Positions 23,099 to 33,763 are shown, counted from the stretch's first letter. The stretch: DNA of 64,000 nt from a bacterium (GCA_023139105.1 JAGLOF010000089.1:1807-65806); one strand, 5' to 3'. The notes: generated by a model from the sequence alone, not told the origin. Program-made: numbers and translations.

Positions 23099-23185
23099 TC
23101 AAATTTTTTACAATATAAATGGCAGTACGGAACGCAACCATGTTGCATGTAATAATCCTGATGATAAGTTTCCGCTTCATAAAAT

Positions 23186-24550
23186 TCATTTTACAAAAAC
23201 AGTCTTTATATTCACAAACTCTCTTATTCCATAAGAAGATAATTCTCTGCCGTAACCACTCTCCTTGATACCACCGAAAGGCAGGCGTGGATCAGATTTC
23301 ACAAAGGTATTTACAAAACAACTTCCTGCTTCAATTTCATTTGCTGCAATCCTTTCCCCCTTTGCAATATCTTCAGTAAAAACAGCTGCTCCCAAACCAA
23401 AAATGGAATCATTGGCAACCTTGATTGCCTCTGCCTCATCTCTTACGGGAATGATTGATGCAACCGGTCCGAAAAGTTCTTCATTGTAAGCCGGCATGCC
23501 ATCCTGCACATCTGTCAAAACAGTGGCAGGATAAAAGGCTCCAGGCATATCGGGAATTTTGCCGCCCAACAAACAATTAGCGCCCTTATCAATGCTTGAA
23601 CTAACCTGCTGATGCAGTTCATCTCTCAAATCAAAACGAGCCTGCGGACCGATATCTGTTGTTTCATCCATGGGATCACCCATTTTACGGGCACGCATTT
23701 CTTCCGTGAATAACGATTCAAATTTATCTTTGATCGATTCTACGACAATGAATCTCTTTGCAGCAATACAACTCTGCCCTGAATTTATTAATCTACTGGT
23801 CACACAGGCGGCCACAGCGTTTTTCAAATTTGCATCTTCGAGAATGATATAGGGATCACTTCCACCCAATTCCAAAACCGTAGGTTTAAGCATTTCACCT
23901 GCTTTACTCGACACAGCCTTGCCTGCCGGAGTGCTACCGGTAAGAGTGACTGCCTTTATTAAAGGATTTTCAATAACCGAATCCACCTGCTTACTGCCAA
24001 TGAGTAAAGTCCTGAAAATATTTTTAGGAAAACCAGCTTCCCTGAATATCTCTTCAAGAACTAAAGCAGATCCGGGCACATTTGAGGCATGTTTCAATAC
24101 ACCAGCGTTGCCGGCCATTAATGCAGGAGCAGCAAACCGGATAACCTGCCAGAAAGGAAAATTCCATGGCATTACCGCCAGTACTACTCCTAAAGGTTTA
24201 AAAGTGACATAACTTTTGGTAGCATCGGTTTCAATTATTTCAGGTGAAAGAAAGCCTTCTGCCTTCTCAGCATAAAAATCACATAACCAGGCACACTTCT
24301 CTACTTCACTCCTTCCACCTTTTATAGGTTTGCCCATTTCCTCAGCCATCATTACAGCGTACCTTTCGGAATTATCTCGAAGATAAGTGGCAGCATTTTT
24401 CATTAATCCTGCCCGTTGGGGAAATTCGACAGATCGCCATTCTTCAAATGCCTGCTGAGATTGTTCGATTATTTCCATAACTTCTTCCGGAGATGTTTGT
24501 GTATATGTTCTGATCATTTCACCATTTGCAGGATTAATTACTTTTATCAT
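23186..24550 (-). CDS. NAD(P)-dependent aldehyde dehydrogenase (succinate-semialdehyde dehydrogenase, Sad/GabD-like)
   Basis: MPWNFP, LTGS, LELGGSDP, GQSCIA, EELFGP, PFGGIKESG. Confidence 0.93.
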   Translation of the reverse strand: MIKVINPANGEMIRTYTQTSPEEVMEIIEQSQQAFEEWRSVEFPQRAGLMKNAATYLRDNSERYAVMMAEEMGKPIKGGRSEVEKCAWLCDFYAEKAEGFLSPEIIETDATKSYVTFKPLGVVLAVMPWNFPFWQVIRFAAPALMAGNAGVLKHASNVPGSALVLEEIFREAGFPKNIFRTLLIGSKQVDSVIENPLIKAVTLTGSTPAGKAVSSKAGEMLKPTVLELGGSDPYIILEDANLKNAVAACVTSRLINSGQSCIAAKRFIVVESIKDKFESLFTEEMRARKMGDPMDETTDIGPQARFDLRDELHQQVSSSIDKGANCLLGGKIPDMPGAFYPATVLTDVQDGMPAYNEELFGPVASIIPVRDEAEAIKVANDSIFGLGAAVFTEDIAKGERIAANEIEAGSCFVNTFVKSDPRLPFGGIKESGYGRELSSYGIREFVNIKTVFVK

Positions 24551-24639
24551 GATTTGTTCTCCGGATATTTACTATTTTTAACTAATTAATCAAAATTCCT
24601 TTAAATTAAAGATAGCGAATTTACAATCTACATTCAACC

Positions 24640-24755
24640 TTTTTGCCATTTCCAGGTATTCTATGGAGTAATAATCTAGTACCTACATGTTGTATTTATC
24701 TGCGATAATCTGCGTTATCTGCGGATTTATAATTTCATACAATTGCAAGAAGAGC
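24640..24755 (-). repeat. Left copy of a ~106-116 bp inverted repeat (partner at 31131-31237)
   Basis: Reverse complement aligns by hand to 31131-31236 with 19 mismatches in 106 positions plus one extra CGCAGAT-containing 10-mer. Confidence 0.9.
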
Positions 24756-24775
24756 CTATTTTTTCCAAAAAAAGC

Positions 24776-24824
24776 TTGACTTATCCATGTAACTTTTTAT
24801 ATTTACATACGTACTTGTATGTAA
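24776..24824 (+). promoter_or_regulatory. sigma70 promoter with overlapping TetR/AcrR-type operator
   Basis: TTGACT-16-TATATT followed by the palindrome TTACATAC-gtactt-GTATGTAA (24803-24824). Confidence 0.8.
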
Positions 24825-24842
24825 GTAAAACAAGGAAAAGCA

Positions 24843-25445
24843 ATGAGACGTACTAAAGATGAAGCTGAAAAAACACGACAACTCCTTCTGGAAACAGCAG
24901 AAAGTGTCTTTGGGAAACAAGGATTTGCTGCTACACGTTTGTCTGATATAGCTCATGCAGCCGGCGTTACACGTGGGGCTATTTATCATCACTTTGGCAA
25001 TAAGATGGAGTTATTTGTAGCTCTTCATAAAGAGCGGGTTGATCCTTATTTCCAATTAGTATCAAAAATATTCGCCATGGAGCTGCCTCCCCGCGTCAAA
25101 CTCAGGAATATGCTGACCGCATTTCTTGAAAGAGCCATATCTGACATTAATTTTGTCCAGCGTCAACGTCTTGGAATTTTTAGAGGTATCGAAGTTGAAC
25201 AATGCGAAGAAGTATATAAATACATGTCAGAACGAGGTGAGAAATTTTACCTTACCCTTGTTGAACTACTAACTGCAGGACAGGAACAGGGAGATATCCG
25301 GAAAGATATTAAACCTGAATTGGCAGCCATTAATGTACTCGCATATATCAAAGGCCTTGTCTCAATTCTCACTATGGAAAAAGATCTGGATATGATTCAT
25401 GATCACAAAGAAGAGATGATCGAAAATTTTCTAAATGGATTTTGA
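24843..25445 (+). CDS. TetR/AcrR family transcriptional regulator
   Basis: MRRTKDEAEKTRQ...IAHAAGVTRGAIYHHF HTH. Confidence 0.95.
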   Translation: MRRTKDEAEKTRQLLLETAESVFGKQGFAATRLSDIAHAAGVTRGAIYHHFGNKMELFVALHKERVDPYFQLVSKIFAMELPPRVKLRNMLTAFLERAISDINFVQRQRLGIFRGIEVEQCEEVYKYMSERGEKFYLTLVELLTAGQEQGDIRKDIKPELAAINVLAYIKGLVSILTMEKDLDMIHDHKEEMIENFLNGF

Positions 25446-25511
25446 TCTTTCTCTGTAAGCATACATAAAAATCATGAAAACTCAAAACAACATAATATAT
25501 ATTTTATCATT

Positions 25512-25537
25512 TTACATACATTTAAGTATGTTTGTAA
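25512..25537. promoter_or_regulatory. Second AcrR-type operator, upstream of the adaptor gene
   Basis: TTACATACAT-ttaagt-ATGTTTGTAA, same half-site as 24803-24824. Confidence 0.75.
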
Positions 25538-25567
25538 AAAAGATCGTTTTCAAATAGGAGGGTAACA

Positions 25568-26611
25568 ATGCAGCACAAATCAATTCTCAAATTAATAGGT
25601 CTGATACCATTAGTACTTTTCATACAAAGCTGCAGCCGCAGTGATGCCGAATCAAAGAGCATGGAACAGATACATAAAGCTGAAGGAGTTCCTGTGCGCA
25701 TTGAACAGGTTCAGGAGTCCAGCTTCTCCTCTGTGCATTCAGCTTATTCGGTTCTTACGGGAATTCAGGAATCTACTGCATATGCCTCTCTGGCTGATAA
25801 GATTGATTCCATCACGCAAGTCGTTGGAGATAAAGTCACAAAGGACCAGACTGTAATTACATTTCCGGCTGACAATCCTGCCGCTCAGTACATGCAGGCC
25901 AAAATTGCATATGAACATGCAGAGACAACGTTGAACAGGATGACTACACTGTATGAATCCGGCGGTATCTCGAAACAGGAATTGGACAATATCAATACAC
26001 AATTTAAAGTAACAGAGGCCAATTGGGACGCAGTTCAACAAATGATCCTTGTTCGTGCACCTATTAGCGGAACTATTACAAGAATTGCTGTTCAGGAATC
26101 AGATAATGTAAATCCCGGCGATGCTTTATTCACAGTTGCTCAAACAGAACGACTTAAAACACAACTCTGGATCACTGAGAATCAGATAAATGAGATAAAA
26201 AAAGGTGATATTGCTCAGGCTATCTGGCGTCATGTGACCCTGACAGGTCGTGTTACTCAAGTGGATCTCTCTCTTAATAGTGAGATGCAGGCTTTCGGTG
26301 TGCAGGTTGAATTTGCCAACAAGACACATAAGCTTCGTTCCGGCATTAATGCAGAAATTAGAATCCTGTCCGGTAATAATCAAAATAAATCGATAATAAT
26401 TGCAAGAAAAGACATCATTACTCAGGGCGGACATCAGTATGTCTTTATTGATAAGCAGGGTACAGCTCAAAAGGTTCAAGTTCAAACCGGTCGAGGAAAA
26501 GGACTGGATATTGAAATTACAAAAGGCCTTAAAATTGGCGACCGGCTGATAACTGAAGGAGTAATGCTTCTTAAAGATGGCGTCAAAATTCGCATTACCG
26601 ATGCTCAATAA
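25568..26611 (+). CDS. RND efflux periplasmic adaptor (MFP), lipoprotein
   Basis: Lipobox-like IQSC, helical hairpin, VRAPISG, GLKIGDRLITEG. Confidence 0.93.
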   Translation: MQHKSILKLIGLIPLVLFIQSCSRSDAESKSMEQIHKAEGVPVRIEQVQESSFSSVHSAYSVLTGIQESTAYASLADKIDSITQVVGDKVTKDQTVITFPADNPAAQYMQAKIAYEHAETTLNRMTTLYESGGISKQELDNINTQFKVTEANWDAVQQMILVRAPISGTITRIAVQESDNVNPGDALFTVAQTERLKTQLWITENQINEIKKGDIAQAIWRHVTLTGRVTQVDLSLNSEMQAFGVQVEFANKTHKLRSGINAEIRILSGNNQNKSIIIARKDIITQGGHQYVFIDKQGTAQKVQVQTGRGKGLDIEITKGLKIGDRLITEGVMLLKDGVKIRITDAQ

Positions 26612-26642
26612 TAATAGATAGTAGTTTGACTGAGGAATTATA

Positions 26643-29600
26643 ATGTTTTTATCTGATTTATCTATAAAAAGACCCGTCATGATCTCCATGGTGCTTCTGG
26701 TCTTTGTACTCTTTGGAGGCCTGGCATACATTGGCCTCAATCTTGAGCTTATGCCAGAGATCAAGCTCCCAATGGTAACTGTGCAGACCATCTACCCGGG
26801 TGCTTCACCTAAAGAAATTGAGACACAGATCACAAAAAAACTGGAAGATGCAGTCTCCCCCATTGCTAAAATCGATAAAGTAAATTCATTTTCCATGGAA
26901 AGTGTTTCTTTTGTCTTTATTAGTTTTGATCTGGACAAGGATGTATACACGGCTCTGCAGGAGGTGAAAGATAAAGTTGACGGTGTGCTCAATTCGATGC
27001 CTGATGATGCAGAACGCCCATTGGTTCAACGTTTTGATATCACTGAAGAGTCTGTAGTTGACATTGTATTATCCGGTAATCAATCAGTGACGGAGTTGTA
27101 TGAATTAGCTGACAAAGTCCTTTCTGACCGGTTGGCCCAGATTGATGGAGTTGCCAATGTGACACTGTCAGGCGGTCAGGAGCGTGAAATACACATTGAA
27201 TTGAATAATCGAACAGTCTTCCAGAATAAAATCTCCATAGCCCAATTGGCCGGTATTTTAAAAGCCCAGAACATGAACATGCCCGGCGGCCATTTTCAAC
27301 GCCGTTCTCAGGAATTCTCAGTCCGGCTTGATGGTGAATTTGAAGATATAAATAGTATAAAAAAACTGCAAATCCCCACTGCATATGGGTTAAAAAACCT
27401 GGGCGATATTGCCAATATCACCGATACAGGTGCTGAAGTCCGTGAACGTACCAGTTTTTTCAACAACGTGACAGACGATCGTAAAGATGGTGTTATTGTG
27501 TTGAGTTTGATGAAAACATCTGATGGCAATGCCGTCCATATTGCAAGAGAACTGGCTAAAGCATTACCTGAAATCAGTGCATCACTCCCTCAGGGCGTCA
27601 CACTTGAAGTTGTAAGAGACAATTCCACATTTATTGAAGCCACTGTAAAAGATACGTTGAGTAATATCTTGATGGGCATTTTGTTGACAGCCGGAGTTTT
27701 ACTGTTTTTCCTGCATGATTATAAATCAACATTGATAGCCGGTTTGTCTATGCCTCTGTCCATTCTTGGCACATTCTTTTTTATCAAACTTTCAGGTTAT
27801 ACTCTCAATATAATGACCCTTATGGGACTTTCAACAGCTGTTGGTGTGCTGGTAACCAATTCCGTTGTGGTTCTTGAGAATATCTTTCGTCATAAAGAGA
27901 TGGGGCACTCAAATCGTGAAGCTGCCTCTAAAGGCACATCAGAAATTGTTGTTGCAGTGATTGCCTCGGGCATGACTAATATTGCAGTATTTTTACCAAT
28001 CGCAAATATGTCCAGTATTATCGGGCAGTTCTTTGAACAATTTGCAATGACTGTAGTATTTGCCACAATATTCTCATTAGTGATGTCATTCACACTGACG
28101 CCCATGATGGCTTCCCGTATCCTGCCAGAACATGATAAGAAAAAACATCCCATCGGCACAAAACTGGAAGCTATGTTCCGTATGTGGGAAAAGACCTACA
28201 AACGCTGGCTTACATTAATCCTTAAAACCAAGTTGCGTGGTGTAGGCGTAATACTGGCCGCACTAATATTGCTTGGCCTAAGTTTCATCCCGGCATTGCA
28301 AGTAGGGTTTGACTTTATACCCAAAACCGATGAAGGAGATATCAAACTGCAGGTGGAGCTGCCTGTTGGTTACAGGCTGGAAGAGACTGCCATCTTGGTT
28401 TCAACTATTGAATCACGGATTCGTGAACATGCTGAAGTCAAACATATGCTTACATCGCTTGGTAAATTTGATGAAACCACCAAGGGTACTGAATTGGCTT
28501 TCATGCAGATCAAACTGGTGGATGCATCAAACAGAACACTGTCCACTGATGAAATGGTATCCCGTATAATAAAAGATTGCAGCGATATTCCCAATGCTAT
28601 GATTCGTGTATCCGCAACGTCCAATAGCGGCGGTGGACAAGATCCTATTGAACTCTCAATTCTTGGGCAAGACATGGATGTTTTGGAGGATGTACAACAT
28701 CTGATTATGGATAGAATCAGTGATGTCCCCGGTTTAATCAATCTAAATACAACATTCCGCTCCGGAAAACCTGAACTCACCATCAAGCCTGACAGGGATA
28801 AGCTGGCCAAAGCAGGTCTCACTATGGCGGATGTAGCGTTCGCCCTTCGCGGTGCCATGGAAGGTCTGGTCAATACCCGTTATCGGGATCAAGGCGAGGA
28901 GTATGACATACGCGTTGCCATGACTGATGAGACTGTAGACAGTCCTGATAAAGTAGGTTTAATTCCTGTAGTGGGATTCGATGAGACTTACCAGATCAGG
29001 CAGCTTGGACAAGTAGTTTTTACCAAGGGTACAAGTAGAATTCTTCATAAGAATAAAATGAAGGAAATCAAATTTACGGGCGGCGTTGCTCCAGGTCATG
29101 TACTGGGTAATATTCAAACTGCCATTGATGCCAGAATAGCTGAAATTGACTTGCCGCAGGATGTGACTATAGAATGGGGTGGTAATGTTGAAATGATGCA
29201 GGATGCCAACCGTGATATGGGCCAAACCTTTCTGTTGGCAATCCTTCTCACCTATATGCTGCTGGCCGCTATTTTAGAAAGTCTAACCCAGCCTTTACTA
29301 ATTCTTGGAACCGTCCCGTTGGCTTTGATTGGCGTCTTTGTTGGCCTTTTTGCCACAGGTCTTTCTATGAACATCATCTCTATGATGGCAATCATCATGC
29401 TGGTTGGTATTGTTGTAAATAATGCTATATTGATGCTTGATTATACAAACTCATTAGTACGTGATAAGGGTTATAAGATCTCCGATGCCCTGATTGAAGC
29501 CTGTCCGACAAAGTTGAAACCCATATTAATGTCCTCTATTGCCATTATGCTCAGTATGATGCCAATGGCCATGGGTATGGGAGCAGCCGGACGTGAAATC

Positions 29601-29723
29601 CGTCAACCTATGGGTGTTGTTGCAATTGGCGGTCTGGTGACCTCCACTATACTTACACTTTTCGTAATTCCTGCATTGGTTACTGTAACCACACGCACCC
29701 GGAAAGTTAAAAATACTAAATAA
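26643..29723 (+). CDS. RND efflux permease (AcrB/AcrD/AcrF family)
   Basis: 1026 aa; SIKRPV start, YPGASPKEIE, LKPILM, GGLVTST. Confidence 0.96.
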   Translation: MFLSDLSIKRPVMISMVLLVFVLFGGLAYIGLNLELMPEIKLPMVTVQTIYPGASPKEIETQITKKLEDAVSPIAKIDKVNSFSMESVSFVFISFDLDKDVYTALQEVKDKVDGVLNSMPDDAERPLVQRFDITEESVVDIVLSGNQSVTELYELADKVLSDRLAQIDGVANVTLSGGQEREIHIELNNRTVFQNKISIAQLAGILKAQNMNMPGGHFQRRSQEFSVRLDGEFEDINSIKKLQIPTAYGLKNLGDIANITDTGAEVRERTSFFNNVTDDRKDGVIVLSLMKTSDGNAVHIARELAKALPEISASLPQGVTLEVVRDNSTFIEATVKDTLSNILMGILLTAGVLLFFLHDYKSTLIAGLSMPLSILGTFFFIKLSGYTLNIMTLMGLSTAVGVLVTNSVVVLENIFRHKEMGHSNREAASKGTSEIVVAVIASGMTNIAVFLPIANMSSIIGQFFEQFAMTVVFATIFSLVMSFTLTPMMASRILPEHDKKKHPIGTKLEAMFRMWEKTYKRWLTLILKTKLRGVGVILAALILLGLSFIPALQVGFDFIPKTDEGDIKLQVELPVGYRLEETAILVSTIESRIREHAEVKHMLTSLGKFDETTKGTELAFMQIKLVDASNRTLSTDEMVSRIIKDCSDIPNAMIRVSATSNSGGGQDPIELSILGQDMDVLEDVQHLIMDRISDVPGLINLNTTFRSGKPELTIKPDRDKLAKAGLTMADVAFALRGAMEGLVNTRYRDQGEEYDIRVAMTDETVDSPDKVGLIPVVGFDETYQIRQLGQVVFTKGTSRILHKNKMKEIKFTGGVAPGHVLGNIQTAIDARIAEIDLPQDVTIEWGGNVEMMQDANRDMGQTFLLAILLTYMLLAAILESLTQPLLILGTVPLALIGVFVGLFATGLSMNIISMMAIIMLVGIVVNNAILMLDYTNSLVRDKGYKISDALIEACPTKLKPILMSSIAIMLSMMPMAMGMGAAGREIRQPMGVVAIGGLVTSTILTLFVIPALVTVTTRTRKVKNTK

Positions 29724-29773
29724 GATAATTGCCCGTAGAAAAAAATTATACCTGGGCAATCAGGAGCTTATCA

Positions 29774-31084
29774 ATGAAAATATTGAAATCCATCATCATA
29801 CCCCTATTCATTATGGCAACTACACTTATGGGCCAGTCCTTGACGCTGGAAGCATTCCAGAACAAAGTGCTTAATCATTCCAAAATTCTGCAACTGGCTC
29901 AGAAAGATAAAGATATCGCCTCTTATCAAAAACGGGAAGCAGTCTCAACCGCTCTACCCAAAATTATAGGCCAGGCAAACTATACACGCAACCTTACCGA
30001 ATACTATATGTACGCAGATATGTCGGCCCTGACTGGTGGTGAGGGTGGAATAGTTAAATTTAAAGTGAAGCAGGATAATGAATTCTCTGCCAATATTGTA
30101 CTGCAGCAAACACTGTTCAGCCCCAGTGTAGGTAGTGCAATTAAAGCAGCACAACAATTCGCCAATCTTACTGATTTTATATATGAAGCTAATCGCCAGG
30201 TAATCCTGACGGAAGCATCCAAACTATTCTATCAGGGGCTGCTGCTGGAAAAAGTATGGGAAGTGGCCAGGGCAACTGAAATAAATGCCAAAGAAAATTT
30301 TGAACAGGTCAATTTAAAATTTGAACATGGACAGGTTTCTGAGTTCCAATTGGTGCAGTCTGAAATGCGCTGGAAAAATGCTATCCCTGGTACAGCCTTG
30401 GCACAGCGCAATCACGATCTTCTCATCAATACACTCAAGCAATGGGCCGGTTTGTCCACAAATAATCAGCTCAAACTTATAGGTAATCTTGAGAGTACTC
30501 CAGACATCCCCATAATTGTTTCATTTGATGATGCTGCCAAAAAACGACCGGACATTAATGCCCTTACATGGGAAAAAGCCTTACGTGCTACTGATGTTAG
30601 TAATAAAAAAGGTGCGTATCTCCCTACACTGACAGGCTCGCTTATTTATGCTTATACAGCACAGTCTGACAGGTTCAAGCTGGAGCAGGATAATGGCCTG
30701 GCCATGGCTGGTCTATCTCTCACACTTCCTATATATTTGGGTGGATATCGAAAAACACAGATAGACAAAGCAAAAGTTGAAATGGCCAAAACGCAAATAC
30801 GAATTGATCAGGCCAGGGAAAGCCTGTATAATGAACTCGCCAACGTTAAACTCCGTCTGAAGGAAGCACATCAACGTATTGCCTCAGCCGACGCCACATT
30901 GAAAACAGCAAATAAAGCATTCAATATTGCACAGGTAACCACAAAAAATGGCCTATCTACACAATTAGAACTAAAAGATGCCCGTATGGGTTTTGACCAG
31001 GCACAACTTGGCTACTATGTGGCAGTATATGATTATATGGCCGCCTACTTTGATTGGCAAAAAGCAACCGGACATGTTGAATAA
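29774..31084 (+). CDS. TolC-family outer membrane efflux protein
   Basis: Signal peptide from ATG 29774 (AGGAG RBS); duplicated OEP repeats (ALPKI, YLPTL). Confidence 0.92.
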   Translation: MKILKSIIIPLFIMATTLMGQSLTLEAFQNKVLNHSKILQLAQKDKDIASYQKREAVSTALPKIIGQANYTRNLTEYYMYADMSALTGGEGGIVKFKVKQDNEFSANIVLQQTLFSPSVGSAIKAAQQFANLTDFIYEANRQVILTEASKLFYQGLLLEKVWEVARATEINAKENFEQVNLKFEHGQVSEFQLVQSEMRWKNAIPGTALAQRNHDLLINTLKQWAGLSTNNQLKLIGNLESTPDIPIIVSFDDAAKKRPDINALTWEKALRATDVSNKKGAYLPTLTGSLIYAYTAQSDRFKLEQDNGLAMAGLSLTLPIYLGGYRKTQIDKAKVEMAKTQIRIDQARESLYNELANVKLRLKEAHQRIASADATLKTANKAFNIAQVTTKNGLSTQLELKDARMGFDQAQLGYYVAVYDYMAAYFDWQKATGHVE

Positions 31085-31130
31085 AATTAACCCGTTACCA
31101 AGATTCTGCTCTGTGGGCAATTCTTTTCAA

Positions 31131-31237
31131 GCTCTTCTGGCAACTATGTGGAATTATAAATCCGCAGATAACGCAGATGAATACAGCATGTTGGCGTTAG
31201 GTTACTAATCCATAAAATACCCGGAAGCGTCAAAAAA
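31131..31237 (+). repeat. Right copy of the inverted repeat flanking the efflux operon
   Basis: Shares AATTATAAATCCGCAGATAACGCAGAT exactly with the reverse complement of the left copy. Confidence 0.9.
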
Positions 31238-31244
31238 AGAGCAA

Positions 31245-31326
31245 GACAGGATCACAGAATTAACAGGATGATTATGTGTATCATGTTCACTCAGTGCAGA
31301 GTTCTTAAAATCCTGTAGATCCTGTC
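31245..31326. repeat. REP-like palindromic element
   Basis: GACAGGATC-ACAGAATTA-ACAGGAT left arm and ATCCTGTAG-ATCCTGTC right arm. Confidence 0.65.
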
Positions 31327-31528
31327 AAAAAAAGAATTCTTGCGGATGATGTGCTGTACATCCTTTCCTCCCATGTCGAAGTAAAAACTCCTTCGAAATT
31401 CTACATTCGGTGTTCTGCTGTTGGATATTCGTCTATTAAATTTCAATAACAGTTACCTCGAAGAACCCCATATCTATCGGGCAGGGCGGGAGCGTATCAG
31501 TGAACAAGGCTCTGACAGAAACAAACTA

Positions 31529-32662
31529 CTATTCAGGGATGACATCTTCAAGCAAGTGTGGATAGTGCAACTGTAGGAATAACCTTGTATCTTTTAAAAA
31601 TTTTTGATTAGCCTCTAACTGAAATTTTGGAAGTTCAGTACTACTCATAGACTCCAAGGTGACTTTCAGACATTGGCCCAATTGCTTTTGAGCATTTTCA
31701 ATATACGTGTTCTCAGAATATTGACGAATATATTCATGAAAAATTAAAAAACCCAGCCTGTGAGTTGGAGCATATTGCTTCCATTCATTAATCAACCTTG
31801 CAGACAACAACATATTTACATGACTATTTATCCTTAAAACCGGCCATCGTTCTTCTTGATTAACAAATTCAGAAATATATTCAAGAAGTTTTTCAAGATA
31901 CATATCTCTATCTATCAGGTCAACATTTGCTAATTTCTGTCTCATCTCACGAATATGTCTTACACATTCTTCAAGAACATGATAATCACTTATTAACCTA
32001 TAAACTATATCATAATTAATCCAAATCTCAACCGGTTTATCACCCTGCTTTGCAGGTTTAAACTGCATATTATAAGCAAATACGTGCGCCGCCTTATCAA
32101 GATCATCATTGCCGGAAGAGTGTACTAATTCCACAGAATTCACCTTCCCCAGTCGGCCAATTAACAAATTTACATTTGCGGTACCTTCCTGATGTTTATT
32201 TTTTAGATGATCAGGGTATTGAGGGGCATCCGAACTTAATAATTCAGGAGGAACAAGAGTTATTGGTTTAAAGGGCTCTGGTGTTTTTTCAATAGTTTTA
32301 ATATTTCGTTCCGGAGGTTCGGCTATTTTATAAAGTACAATTGCATCCGGAGGAAATGTTTTTGTAGCCAGATTAGTTCTAAGTAACAGGCGTCGCATAA
32401 CCTGCTGTAAAGGTTCTGCCGTGGCCGGCAACATCATCTCTATGTCATCGATCAACGAATCATCAAAAATAAAAAAAATCCCTGCCTGTTCCTCTACATC
32501 TTTGAGAATAGTTCTGAAGGGTAAGTTTTTACGAGGCAGTGTTATCAAGATATTCCAGTTAATCTGATCATCCTGAATATAAGATTCAGCCGAAATAATA
32601 GATGAGCAAAATAAGAAAAAAAGACCAACGATCAGCCATGCATTTTGGTTGGTTCGTTTCAT
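31529..32662 (-). CDS. Exported STN-like plus TonB C-terminal domain protein with helical tail
   Basis: Signal peptide; STN-like ILKDVEEQAGIFFIFDD; Pro-rich linker; TonB_C PQYP...EG...SSGNDDLDKAA...FKPAKQGDKPV. Confidence 0.8.
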   Translation of the reverse strand: MKRTNQNAWLIVGLFFLFCSSIISAESYIQDDQINWNILITLPRKNLPFRTILKDVEEQAGIFFIFDDSLIDDIEMMLPATAEPLQQVMRRLLLRTNLATKTFPPDAIVLYKIAEPPERNIKTIEKTPEPFKPITLVPPELLSSDAPQYPDHLKNKHQEGTANVNLLIGRLGKVNSVELVHSSGNDDLDKAAHVFAYNMQFKPAKQGDKPVEIWINYDIVYRLISDYHVLEECVRHIREMRQKLANVDLIDRDMYLEKLLEYISEFVNQEERWPVLRINSHVNMLLSARLINEWKQYAPTHRLGFLIFHEYIRQYSENTYIENAQKQLGQCLKVTLESMSSTELPKFQLEANQKFLKDTRLFLQLHYPHLLEDVIPE

Positions 32663-33663
32663 TGCGTAATTATATAAGTATCACCTTCCTTATGAAAATT
32701 CGCATCTAATGTCAAACAAATTGAAGAAAGTACAACCTCAATAGGTGCGTCATGAAAGGCACCGGTTATTGTAGATGTTTCAATTTTTTGTCCTTGCCAC
32801 TCAATCTTCACATCAAAATATCGTTCCAACTGCATTATAACATCAGCCACCGGTGTTCTTTCAAAATGGACACGTCCCTCCAGCCAGCCAGTAACAACAT
32901 CCATATCAATCAATTCAGGTAGAGAAGGTCTGGCGTTTAACAATACTTCACTCATCTGACCGTCACTCAGTATCACATCATCATTTTCATGTGCTGATTC
33001 TACGCGAACTCTTCCCTCTTCAACCATTACGCGTGTTTTATTCTGTCGTGATTGTACAATAAACCGTGTACCCAAAACAGTTGTTTTTGCATGCTCTGTA
33101 ATAACAATAAATGGACGTTCTTCACTTTTAATTTCGAAAAAGCCTTCTCCATTCAGATGAACTTCTCTGGTTTGCGCTGTAAAATTTTTTGGATAACGAA
33201 GTACACTTCCACTATTCAAGGTAACCAGGGAACCATCTGCAAGATTAATTTGGGTTCTTTGACGATTTTGTGTAACTACTGTTAAAAACTCGGTCTCTGT
33301 TGGTTTTTCAGTTAAACTAAACCATGTAATTAATGTGGTGGCGGCAACAACGGCGATTCCAAGAACCGGTCTAAAATGTACATTAATCCATTTGGAAAAA
33401 ATTTTACTAAATGACGTATCACTATGAACATCTTTATCGGAAAACCCCAAACGATGTTCGAGAATACACCATGAGTCTTCAGCTTTAGTTTCAGGAATAA
33501 AAGGTAGAGGTTCAGTGTCATGCCAAATGGTCTGCATCTCATCATATATATGTCTAAAATCTTCTGATGTACAGAGGAAGTGATCAAACCTACGGCGCTG
33601 CCGTAATGTAAGTTCTCCACCTAAAGCTCTTACACACCAATTTTCTATTTGTTCTACTTTCAC
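32659..33663 (-). CDS. FecR-family anti-sigma factor
   Basis: Single TM; LADGSLVTLNSGS, LNGEGFFEI, VLGTRF, EGRV. Confidence 0.93.
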   Translation of the reverse strand: MKVEQIENWCVRALGGELTLRQRRRFDHFLCTSEDFRHIYDEMQTIWHDTEPLPFIPETKAEDSWCILEHRLGFSDKDVHSDTSFSKIFSKWINVHFRPVLGIAVVAATTLITWFSLTEKPTETEFLTVVTQNRQRTQINLADGSLVTLNSGSVLRYPKNFTAQTREVHLNGEGFFEIKSEERPFIVITEHAKTTVLGTRFIVQSRQNKTRVMVEEGRVRVESAHENDDVILSDGQMSEVLLNARPSLPELIDMDVVTGWLEGRVHFERTPVADVIMQLERYFDVKIEWQGQKIETSTITGAFHDAPIEVVLSSICLTLDANFHKEGDTYIITQ

Positions 33664-33763
33664 TTACACTTTCTCCAAACTCTGGTTATTTCACCAAATC
33701 ATACGCATTATAGTCAAAAACCCCTATGTTTCTGTAAATAATTTAGACTATTCAGGGTTTGCT

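Noticed and set aside
24697..24726. Tandem ATCTGCG units as a possible CRISPR
   Set aside because: Units are 9-10 bp with no spacers and no cas genes
26126..26791. 221-aa minus-strand ORF and other antisense ORFs over the efflux, pepT, ptb, ior and por genes
   Set aside because: Antisense to well-supported genes, with no motifs
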